A stretch of 64,000 nt of DNA. It comes from the human T2T-CHM13v2.0 reference genome, Homo sapiens. Position numbers and translations under genes: made by a program. Position 1 is the stretch's first letter. Each line of letters begins with the position of its first letter. The notes below the pieces were generated by a model. That model was given only the letters and a program-made list of their open reading frames with translations, did no database searches and had not been told where the DNA came from. Below are positions 1-11,400 of this stretch, piece after piece. The DNA lies in the NCBI RefSeq assembly GCF_009914755.1, contig NC_060925.1. One strand, given 5' to 3'.

Positions 1-1302
1 CCTTGTGTTGTGTGCATTCAACTCACAGAGTTGAACGATCCTTTACAGAGAGCAGACTTGAAACACTCTTTTTGTGGAATTTGCAAGTGGAGATTTCAGC
101 CGCTTTGAGGTCAATTGTAGAATAGGAAATATCTTCCTACAGAAACTAGACAGAATGATTCTCATAAACTCCTTTGTGATGTGTGCGTTCAACTCACAGA
201 GTTTAACCTTTCTTTTCATAGAGCAGTTAGGAAACACTCTGTTTGTAAAGTCTGCAAGTGGATATTCAGACCCCTTTGAGGCCTTCGTTGAAAACGGGAT
301 TTCTTCATATTCTGCTAGACAGAAGAATTCTCAGTAACTTCCTTGTGTTGTGTGTATTCAACTGACAGAGTTGAACTTTCATTTAGATAGAGCAGATTTG
401 AAACACTGTTTTTGTGGAATTTGCAGGTGGAGATTTCAAGCGCTTTGGGGCCAAAGGCAGAAAAGGAAATATCTTCGTATAAAAACTAGACAGAATCATT
501 CTCAGAAACTGCTGCGTGATGTGTGCGTTCAACTCTCAGAGTTTAACTTTCTTTTCATTCAGCGGTTTGGAAACACTCTGTTTGTAAAGTCTGCACGTGG
601 ATATTTTGACCACTTAGAGGCCTTCGTTGGAAACGGGTTTTTTTCATGTAAGGCTAGACAGAAGAATTCCCAGTAACTTCCTTGTGTTGTGTGCATTCAA
701 CTCACAGAGTTGAACGTTCCCTTAGACAGAGCAGATTTGAAACACTCTATTTGTGCAATTTGCAAGTGTAGATTTCAAGCGCTTTAAGGTCAATGGCAGA
801 AAAGGAAATATCTTCGTTTCAAAACTAGACAGAATCATTCCCACAAACTGCGTTGTGATGTGTTCGTTCAACTCACAGAGTTTAACCTTTCTGTTCATAG
901 AGCAGTTAGGAAACACTCTGTTTGTAAAGTCTGTAAGTGGATATTCTGACCTCCTTGAGGGCTTCGTTGGAAACGGGATTTCTTCATATTCTGCTAGACA
1001 GAAGAATTCTCAGTAACTTCCTTGTGTTGTGTGTATTCAACTCACAGAGTTGAACGATCCTTTACACAGAGCAGACTTGAAACACTCTTTTTGTGGAATT
1101 TGCAAGTGGAGATTTCAGCCGCTTTGAGGTCAATGGTAGAAAAGGAAACTATCTTCGTATAAAGACTAGACAGAATGATTCTCAGAAAATCCTTTGTGAT
1201 GTGTGCGTTCAACACACAGAGTTTAACTTTTCTTTTCTTAGAGCAGTTAGGAAACAGTCTGTTTGTAAAGTCTGCAAGTGGATATTCAGACCTCTTTGAG
1301 GC

Positions 1303-1319
1303 CTTCGTTGGAAACGGGA
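1303..1319 (+). promoter_or_regulatory. CENP-B box (representative canonical copy; recurs about every 340 bp through the window)
   Basis: Exact CTTCGTTGGAAACGGGA, matching the established core nTTCGnnnnAnnCGGGn. X-type dimers carry the variant ending CGGGT (e.g. 622-638). Confidence 0.97.
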
Positions 1320-1462
1320 TTTCTTCATATTCTGCTAGACAGAAGAATTCTCAGTAACTTCCTTGTGTTGTGTGTATTCAACTCACAGAGTTGAACGATC
1401 CTTTACACAGAGCAGACTTGAAACACTCTTTTTGTGGAATTTGCAAGTGGAGATTTCAGCCG

Positions 1463-1490
1463 CTTTGAGGTCAATGGTAGAATAGGAAAT
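1463..1490 (+). other. A-box (pJ-alpha-type) segment of the alternate monomer, representative copy
   Basis: At the position homologous to the CENP-B box, the alternate monomer reads CTTTGAGGTCAATGGTAGAA(A/T)AGGAAAT. This is the established A-type/B-type monomer alternation. Protein binding is not shown by the sequence. Confidence 0.7.
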
Positions 1491-1700
1491 ATCTTCCTAT
1501 AGAAACTAGACAGAATGATTCTCATAATCTCCTTTGTGATGTGTCCGTTCAACTCACAGAGTTTAACCTTCCTTTTCATAGAGCAGTTAGGAAACACTCT
1601 GTTTGTAAAGTCTGCAAGTGGATATTCAGACCTCTTTGAGGCCTTCGTTGGAAACGGGATTTCTTCATATTATGCTAGACAGAATAATTCTCAGTAACTT

Positions 1701-2719
1701 CCTTGTGTTGTGTGTATTCAACTGACAGAGTTGAACTTTCATTTAGAGAGAGCAGATTTGAAACACTGTTTTTGTGGAATTTGCAAGTGGAGATTTCAAG
1801 CGCTTTGGGGCCAAAGACAGAAAAGGAAATATCTTCGTATAAAAACTAGACAGAATCATTCTCAGAAACTGCTGCGTGATGTGTGCGTTCAACTCTCAGA
1901 GTTTAACTTTTCTTTTCATTCAGCCGTTTGGAAACACTCTGTTTGTAAAGTCTGCACGTGGATATTTTGACCACTTAGAGGCCTTCGTTGGAAACGGGTT
2001 TTTTGCATGTAAGGCTAAACAGAAGAATTCCCAGTAACTTCCTTGTGTTGTGTGCATTCAACTCACAGAGTTGAACGTTCACTTAGACAGAGCAGATTTG
2101 AAACACTCTATTTGTGCAATTTGCAAGTGTAGATTTCAAGCGCTTTAAGGTCAATGGCAGAAAAGGAAATATCTTCGTTTCAAAACTAGACAGAATCATT
2201 CCCACAAACTGCGTTGTGATGTCTTCGTTCAACTCACAGAGTTTAACCTTTCTGTTCATGGAGCAGTTAGGAAACACTCTGTTTGTAAAGTCTGTAAGTG
2301 GATATTCTGACATCTTGTGGCCTTCGTTGGAAACGGGATTTCTTCATATTCTGCTAGACGGAAGAATTCTCAGTAACTTCCTTGTGTTGTGTGTATTCAA
2401 CTCACAGAGTTGAACGATCCTTTACACAGAGCAGACTTGAAACACTCTTTTTGTGGAATTTGCAAGTGGAGATTTCAGCCGCTTTGAGGTCAATGGTAGA
2501 AAAGTAAATATCTTCGTATAAAAACTAGACAGAATGATTCTCAGAAACTCCTTTGTGATGTGTGCGTTCAACTCACAGAGTTTAACTTTTCTTTTCATAG
2601 AGCAGTTAGGAAACACTCTGTTTGTAAAGTCTGCAAGTGGATATTCAGACCTCTTTGAGGCCTTCGTTGGAAACGGGATTTCTTCATATTATGCTAGACA
2701 GAATAATTCTCAGTAACTT
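1701..2719 (+). repeat. One 6-monomer higher-order repeat unit (X-Y-Z dimers, 1019 bp)
   Basis: An X dimer (CTGACAGAGTTGAACTTTCATTTAG...GGGGCCAAAG...GCTGCGTG...CACGTGG) is followed by a Y dimer (TTAGACAGAGCAGATTTG...CTATTTGTGCAA...CCCACAAACTGCG...GACATCTTGTGG) and one Z dimer (GATCCTTTACACAG). The next X begins 1019 bp later (marker ORFs at 1710 and 2729). Confidence 0.8.
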
Positions 2720-5700
2720 CCTTGTGTTGTGTGTATTCAACTGACAGAGTTGAACTTTCATTTAGAGAGAGCAGATTTGAAACACTGTTTTTGTGGAATT
2801 TGCAAGTGTAGATTTCAAGCGCTTTGGGGCCAAAGGCAGAAAAGGAAATATCTACGTATAAAAACTAGACAGAATCATTCTCAGAAACTGCTGCGTGATG
2901 TGTGCGTTCAACTCTCAGAGTTTAACTTTTCTTTTCATTCAGCGGTTTGGAAACACTCTGTTTGTAAAGTCTGCACGTGGATATTTTGACCACTTAGAGG
3001 CCGTCGTTGGAAACGGTTTTTTTGCATGTAAGGCTAGACAGAAGAATTCCCAGTAACTTCCTTGTGTTGTGTGCATTCAACTCACAGAGTTGAACGTTCC
3101 CTTAGACAGAGCAGATTTGAAACACTCTATTTGTGCAATTTGCAAGTGTAGATTTCAAGCGCTTTAAGGTCAATGGCAGAAAAGGAAATATCTTCGTTTC
3201 AAAACTAGACAGAATCATTCCCACAAACTGCGTTGTGATGTGTTCGTTCAACTCACAGAGTTTAACCTTTCTGTTCATAGAGCAGTTAGGAAACACTCTG
3301 TTTGTAAAGTCTGCAAGTGGATATTCAGACCTCCTTGAGGCCTTCGTTGGAAACGGGATTTCTTCATATTCTGCTAGACAGAAGAATTCTCAGTAACTTC
3401 CTTGTGTTGTGTGTATTCAACTCACAGAGTGGAACGATCGTTTACACAGGGGCAGACTTGAAACACTCTTTTTGTGGAATTTGCAAGTGGAGATTTCAGC
3501 CGCTTTGAGGTCAATGGTAGAAAAGGAAATATCTTCGTATAAAGACTAGACAGAATGATTCTCAGAAACTCCTTTGTGATGTGAGCGTTCAACTCACAGA
3601 GTTTAACTTTTCTTTTCATAGAGCAGTTAGGAAACACTCTGTTTGTAAAGTCTGCAAGTGGATATTCAGACCGCTTTGAGGCCTTCGTTGAAAACGGGAT
3701 TTCTTCATATTATGCTAGACAGAATAATTCTCAGTAACTTCCTTGTGTTGTGTGTATTCAACTCACAGAGTTGAACGATCCTTTACAGAGAGCAGACTTG
3801 AAACACTCTTTTTGTGGAATTTGCAAGTGGAGATTTCAGCCGCTTTGAGGTCAAAGGTAGAATAGGAAATATCTTCCTATAGAAACTAGACAGAATGATT
3901 CTCAGAAACTCCTTTGTGATGTGTGCGTTCAACTCACAGAGTTTAACCTTTCTTTTCATAGAGCAGTTAGGAAACACTTTGTTTGTAAAGTCTGCAAGTG
4001 GATATTCAGACCTCTTTGAGGCCTTCGTTGGAAACGGGATTTCTTCATATTCTGCTAGACAGAAGAATTCTCAGTAACTTCCTTGTGTTGTGTGCATTCA
4101 ACTCACAGAGTTGAACGTTCCCTTAGACAGAGCAGATTTGAAACACTCTATTTGTGCAATTTGCAAGTGTAGATTTCAAGCGCTTTAAGGTCAATGGCAG
4201 AAAAGGAAATATCTTCGTTTCAAAACTAGACAGAATCATTCCCACAAACTGCGTTGTGATGTGTTCGTTCAACTCACAGAGTTTAACCTTTCTGTTCATA
4301 GAGCAGTTAGGAAACACTCTGTTTGTAAAGTCTGTAAGTGGATATTCTGACATCTTGTGGCCTTCGTTGGAAACGGGATTTCTTCATATTCTGCTAGACA
4401 GAAGAATTCTCAGTAACTTCCTTGTGTTGTGTGTATTCAACTCACAGAGTTGAACGATCCTTTACACAGAGCATACTTGAAACACTCTTTTTGTGGAATT
4501 TGCAAGTGGAGATTTCAGCCGCTTTGAGGTCAATGGTAGAAAAGGAAATATCTTCGTATAAAGACTAGACAGAATGATTCTCAGAAACTCCTTTGTGATG
4601 TGTGCGTTCAACTCACAGAGTTTAACCTTTCTGTTCATAGAGCAGTTAGGAAACACTCTGTTTGTAAAGTCTGCAAGTGGATATTCAGACCTCCTTGAGG
4701 CCTTCGTTGGAAACGGGATTTCTTCATATTCTGCTAGACAGAAGAATTCTCAGTAACTTCCTTGTGTTGTGTGTATTCAACTCACAGAGTTGAACGATCC
4801 TTTACACAGAGCAGACTTGAAACACTCTTTTTGTGGAATTTGCAAGTGGAGATTTCAGCCGCTTTGGGGTCAGTGGTAGAAAAGGATATATCTTCGTATA
4901 AAGACTACACAGAATGATTCTCAGAAACTCCTTTGTGATGTGTGCGTACAACTCACAGAGTTTAACTTTTCTTTTCATAGAGCAGTTAGGAAACACTCTG
5001 TTTGTAAAGTCTGCAAGTGGATATTCAGACCTCTTTGAGGCCTTCGTTGGAAACGGGATTTCTTCATATTCTGCTAGACAGAAGAATTCTCAGTAACTTC
5101 CTTGTGTTGTGTGTATTCAACTCACAGAGTTGAACGATCCTTTACACAGAGCAGACTTGAAACACTCTTTTTGTGGAATTTGCAAGTGGAGATTTCAGCC
5201 GCTTTGAGGTCAATGGTAGAATAGGAAATATCTTCCTATAGAAACTAGACAGAATGATTCTCATAATCTCCTTTGTGATGTGTCCGTTCAACTCACAGAG
5301 TTTAACCTTCCTTTTCATAGAGCAGTTAGGAAACACTCTGTTTGTAAAGTCTGCAAGTGGATATTCAGACCTCCTTGAGGCCTTCGTTGGAAACGGGATT
5401 TCTTCATATTCTGCTAGACAGAAGAATTCTCAGTAACTTCCTTGTGTTGTGTTTATTCAACTCACAGAGTTGAACGATCCTTTACACAGAGCAGACTTGA
5501 AACACTCTTTTTGTGGAATTTGCAAGTGGAGATTTCAGCCGCTTTGAGGTCAATGGTAGAAAAGGAAACTATCTTCGTATAAAGACTAGACAGAATGATT
5601 CTCAGAAAATCCTTTGTGATGTGTGCGTTCAACTCACAGAGTTTAACTTTTCTTTTCATAGAGCAGTTAGGAAACACTCTGTTTGTAACGTCTGCAAGTG

Positions 5701-8419
5701 GATATTCAGACCTCTTTGAGGCCTTCGTTGGAAAAGGGATTTCTTCATATTATGCTAGACAGAAGAATTCTCAGTAACTTCCTTGTGTTGTGTGTATTCA
5801 ACTCACAGAGTTGAACTATCCTTTACAGAGAGCAGACTTGAAACACTCTTTTTGTGGAATTTGCAAGTGGAGATTTCAGCCGCTTTGAGGTCAATGGTAG
5901 AATAGGAAATATCTTCCTATAGAAACTAGACAGAATGATTCTCAGAAACTCCTTTGTGATGTGTGCGTTCAACTCACAGAGTTTAACCTTTCTTTTCATA
6001 GAGCAGTTAGGAAACACTCTGTTTGTAATGTCTGCAAGTGGATATTCAGACCTCTTTGAGGCCTTCGTTGGAATCTGTATTTCTTCATATTCTGCTACAC
6101 AGAAGAATTCTCAGTAACTTCCTTGTGTTGTGTGTATTCAACTCACAGAGTTGAACGATCCTTTACACAGAGCAGACTTGAAACACTCTTTTTGTAGAAT
6201 TTCCAAGTGGAGATTTCAGCCGCTTTGAGGTCAATAGTGGAAAAGGAAATATCTTCGCAGAAAAACTAGACAGAATTATTCTCAGAAACTCCTTTGTGAT
6301 GTGTGTGTTCAACTCACAGAGTTTAACCTTTCTTTTCATAGAGCAGTTAGTAAACACTCTGTTTATAAAGTCTGCAAGTGGATATTCAGACCCCTTTGAG
6401 GCCTTCGTTGGAAAAGGGTTTTCTTCATATTATGCTAGACAGAAGAATTCTCAGTAACTTCCTTGTGTTGTGTATTCAACTCACAGAGTTGAACGATCCT
6501 TTACAGAGAGCAGACTTGAAACACTCTTTTTGTGGAATTTGCAAGTGGAGATTTCAGCCGCTTTGAGGTCAATGGTAGAATAGGAAATATCTTCCTATAG
6601 AAACTAGACAGAATGATTCTCATAAACTCCTTTGTGATGTGTGCGTTCAACTCACAGAGTTTAACCTTTCTTTTCATACAGCAGTTAGGAAACACTCTGT
6701 TTGTAAAGTCTGCAAGTGGATATTCAGACCTCTTTGAGGCCTTCGTGGGAAACGGGATTTCTTCATATTCTGCTAGACAGAAGAATTCTCAGTAACTTCC
6801 TTGTGTTGTGTGTATTCAACTGACAGAGTTGAACTTTCATTTAGAGAGAGCAGATTTGAAACACTGTTTTTGTGGAATTTGCAAGTGGAGATTTCAAGCG
6901 CTTTGGGGCCAAAGACAGAAAAGGAAATATCTTCGTATAAAAACTAGACAGAATCATTCTCAGAAACTGCTGCGTGATGTGTGCGTTCAACTCTCAGAGT
7001 TTAACTTTTCTTTTCATTCAGCCGTTTGGAAACACTCTGTTTGTAAAGTCTGCACGTGGATATTTTGACCACTTAGAGGCCTTCGTTGGAAACGGGTTTT
7101 TTGCATGTAAGGCTAAACAGAAGAATTCCCAGTAACTTCCTTGTGTTGTGTGCATTCAACTCACAGAGTTGAACGTTCACTTAGACAGAGCAGATTTGAA
7201 ACACTCTATTTGTGCAATTTGCAAGTGTAGATTTCAAGCGCTTTAAGGTCAATGGCAGAAAAGGAAATATCTTCGTTTCAAAACTAGACAGAATCATTCC
7301 CACAAACTGCGTTGTGATGTGTTCGTTCAACTCACAGAGTTTAACCTTTCTGTTCATGGAGCAGTTAGGAAACACTCTGTTTGTAAAGTCTGTAAGTGGA
7401 TATTCTGACATCTTGTGGCCTTCGTTGGAAACGGGATTTCTTCATATTCTGCTAGACGGAAGAATTCTCAGTAACTTCCTTGTGTTGTGTGTATTCAACT
7501 CACAGAGTTGAACGATCCTTTACACAGAGCAGACTTGAAACACTCTTTTTGTGGAATTTGCAAGTGGAGATTTCAGCCGCTTTGAGGTCAATGGTAGAAA
7601 AGTAAATATCTTCGTATAAAAACTAGACAGAATGATTCTCAGAAACTCCTTTGTGATGTGTGCGTTCAACTCACAGAGTTTAACTTTTCTTTTCATAGAG
7701 CAGTTAGGAAACACTCTGTTTGTAAAGTCTGCAAGTGGATATTCAGACCTCTTTGAGGCCTTCGTTGGAAACGGGATTTCTTCATATTATGCTAGACAGA
7801 ATAATTCTCAGTAACTTCCTTGTGTTGTGTGTATTCAACTCACAGAGTTGAACGATCCATTACAGAGAGCAGACTTGAAACACTCTTTTTGTGGAATTTG
7901 CAAGTGGAGATTTCAGCCGCTTTGAGGTCAATGGTAGAATAGGAAATATCTTCCTATAGAAACTAGACAGAATGATTCTCAGAAACTCCTTTGTGATGTG
8001 TGCGTTCAACTCACAGAGTTTAACCTTTCTTTTCATAGAGCAGTTAGGAAACACTCTGTTTGTAAAGTCTGCAAGTGGATATTCAGACCTCTTTGAGGCC
8101 TTCGTTGGAAACGGGATTTCTTCATATTCTGCTAGACAGAAGAATTCTCAGTAACTTCCTTGTGTTGTGTGTATTCAACTGACAGAGTTGAACTTTCATT
8201 TAGAGAGAGCAGATTTGAAACACTGTTTTTGTGGAATTTGCAAGTGGAGATTTCAAGCGCTTTGGGGCCAAAGGCAGAAAAGGAAATATCTTCGTATAAA
8301 AACTAGACAGAATCATTCTTAGAAACTGCTGCGTGATGTGTGCGTTCAACTCTCAGAGTTTAACTTTTCTTTTCATTCAGCGGTTTGGAAACACTCTGTT
8401 TGTAATGTCTGCACGTGGA

Positions 8420-11400
8420 TATTTTGACCACTTAGAGGCCTTCGTTGGAAACGGGTTTTTTGCATGTAAGGCTAGACAGAAGAATTCCCAGTAACTTCCT
8501 TGTGTTGTGTGCATTCAACTCACAGAGTTGAACGTTCCCTTAGAGAGAGCAGATTTGAAACACTCTATTTGTGCAATTTGCAAGTGTAGATTTCAAGCGC
8601 TTTAAGGTCAATGGCAGAAAAGGAAATATCTTCGTTTCAAAACTAGACAGAATCATTCCCACAAACTGCGTTGTGATGTGTTCGTTCAACTCACAGAGTT
8701 TAACCTTTCTGTTCATAGAGCAGTTAGGAAACACTCTGTTTGTAAAGTCTGTAAGTGGATATTCTGACATCTTATGGCCTTCGTTGGAAACGGGATTTCT
8801 TCATATTCTGCTAGACAGAAGAATTCTCAGTAACTTCCTTGTGTTGTGTGTATTCAACTCACAGAGTTGAACGATCCTTTACACAGAGCAGACTTGAAAC
8901 ACTCTTTTTGTGGAATTTGCAAGTGGAGATTTCAGCCGCTTTGAGGTCAATGGTAGAAAAGGAAATATCTTCGTATAAAGACTAGACAGAATGATTCTCA
9001 GAAACTCCTTTGTGATGTGTGCGATCAACTCACAGAGTTTAACCTTTCTTTTCATAGAGCAGTTAGGAAACACTCTGTTTGTAAAGTCTGCAAGTGGATA
9101 TTCAGACCTCCTTGAGGCCTTCTTTGGAAACGGGATTTCTTCATATTCTGCTAGACAGAAGAATTCTCAGTAATTTCCTTGTGTTGTGTGTATTCAACTC
9201 ACAGAGTTGAACGATCCTTTACACAGAGCAGACTTGAAACACTCTTTTTGTGGAATTTGCAAGTGGAGATTTCAGCCGCTTTGAGGTCAATGGTAGAAAA
9301 GGAAATATCTTCGTATAAAGACTAGACAGAAAGATTCTCAGAAACTCCTTTGTGATGTGTGCGTTCAACTCACAGAGTTTAAATTTTCTTTTCATAGAGC
9401 AGTTAGGAAACACTCTGGAAACGGGATTTCTTCATATTATGCTATACAGAATAATTCTCAGTAACTTCCTTGTGTTGTGTGTATTCAACTCACAGAGTTG
9501 TACGATCCTTTACACAGAGCAGACTTGAAACACTCTTTTTGTGGAATTTGCAAGTGGAGATTTCAGCCGCTTTGAGGTGAATGGTAGAAAAGGAAACTAT
9601 ATTCGTATAAAGACTAGACAGAATGATTCTCAGAAAATCCTTTGTGATGTGTGCGTTCAACTCACAGAGTTTAACTTTTCTTTTCATATAGCAGTTAGGA
9701 AACACTTTGTTTGTAAAGTCTGCAAGTGGATATTCAGACCTCTTTGAGGCCTTCGTTGGAAACGGGATTTCTTCATATTCTGCTAGACAGAAGAATTCTC
9801 AGTAACTTCCTTGTGTTGTGTGTATTCAACTCACAGAGTTGAACGATCCTTTACACAGAGCAGACTTGAAACACTCTTTTTGTGGAATTTGCAAGTGGAG
9901 ATTTCAGCGGCTTTGAGGTCAATTGTAGAAAAGGAAATATCTTCGTATAAAGACTAGACAGAATGATTCTCAGAAACTCCTTTGTGATGTGTGCGTTCAA
10001 CTCACAGAGTTTAACTTTTCTTTTCATAGAGCAGTTAGGAAACACTCTGTAATGTCTGCAAGTGGATATTCAGACCTCTTTGAGGCCTTCGTTGGAAACG
10101 GGATTTCTTCATATTATGCTAGACAGAATAATTCTCAGTAACTTCCTTGTGTTGTGTGCATTCAACTCACAGAGTTGAACGATCCTTTACAGAGAGCAGA
10201 CTTGAAACACTCTTTTTGTGGAATTTGCAAGTGGAGATTTCAGCCGCTTTGAGGTCAATTGTAGAATAGGAAATATCTTCCTACAGAAACTAGACAGAAT
10301 GATTCTCATAAACTCCTTTGTGATGTGTGCGTTCAACTCACAGAGTTTAACCTTTCTTTTCATAGAGCAGTTAGGAAACACTCTGTTTGTAAAGTCTGCA
10401 AGTGGATATTCAGACCCCTTTGAGGCCTTCGTTGAAAACGGGATTTCTTCATATTCTGCTAGACAGAAGAATTCTCAGTAACTTCCTTGTGTTGTGTGTA
10501 TTCAACTGACAGAGTTGAACTTTCATTTAGATAGAGCAGATTTGAAACACTGTTTTTGTGGAATTTGCAGGTGGAGATTTCAAGCGCTTTGGGGCCAAAG
10601 GCAGAAAAGGAAATATCTTCGTATAAAAACTAGACAGAATCATTCTCAGAAACTGCTGCGTGATGTGTGCGTTCAACTCTCAGAGTTTAACTTTTCTTTT
10701 CATTCAGCGGTTTGGAAACACTCTGTTTGTAAAGTCTGCACGTGGATATTTTGACCACTTAGAGGCCTTCGTTGGAAACGGGTTTTTTTCATGTAAGGCT
10801 AGACAGAAGAATTCCCAGTAACTTCCTTGTGTTGTGTGCATTCAACTCACAGTGTTGAACGTTCCCTTAGACAGAGCAGATTTGAAACACTCTATTTGTG
10901 CAATTTGCAAGTGTAGATTTCAAGCGCTTTAAGGTCAATGGCAGAAAAGGAAATATCTTCGTTTCAAAACTAGACAGAATCATTCCCACAAACTGCGTTG
11001 TGATGTGTTCGTTCAACTCACAGAGTTTAACCTTTCTGTTCATAGAGCAGTTAGGAAACACTCTGTTTGTAAAGTCTGTAAGTGGATATTCTGACCTCCT
11101 TGAGGGCTTCGTTGGAAACGGGATTTCTTCATATTCTGCTAGACAGAAGAATTCTCAGTAACTTCCCTGTGTTGTGTGTATTCAACTCACAGAGTTGAAC
11201 GATCCTTTACACAGAGCAGACTTGAAACACTCTTTTTGTGGAATTTGAAGTGGAGAATTCAGCCGCTTTGAGGTCAATGGTAGAAAAGGAAACTATCTTC
11301 GTATAAAGACTAGACAGAATGATTCTCAGAAAATCCTTTGTGATGTGTGCGTTCAACACACAGAGTTTAACTTTTCTTTTCTTAGAGCAGTTAGGAAACA

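Noticed and set aside
283-299. Variant CENP-B boxes such as CTTCGTTGAAAACGGGA (also ~3683, 6741, 38925, 44652)
   Set aside because: The changes fall outside the nine core positions, so these were not counted as inactivated.
594-599. CACGTG E-box in each X dimer
   Set aside because: It is a single-base variant of the CAAGTG consensus. A 6-mer alone does not support a regulatory call.
1093-1299. Cys-rich CxxC-like peptides (CDVC, CKVC) suggesting zinc fingers
   Set aside because: They arise from TGTG-rich satellite sequence, with no conserved domain spacing or gene structure.
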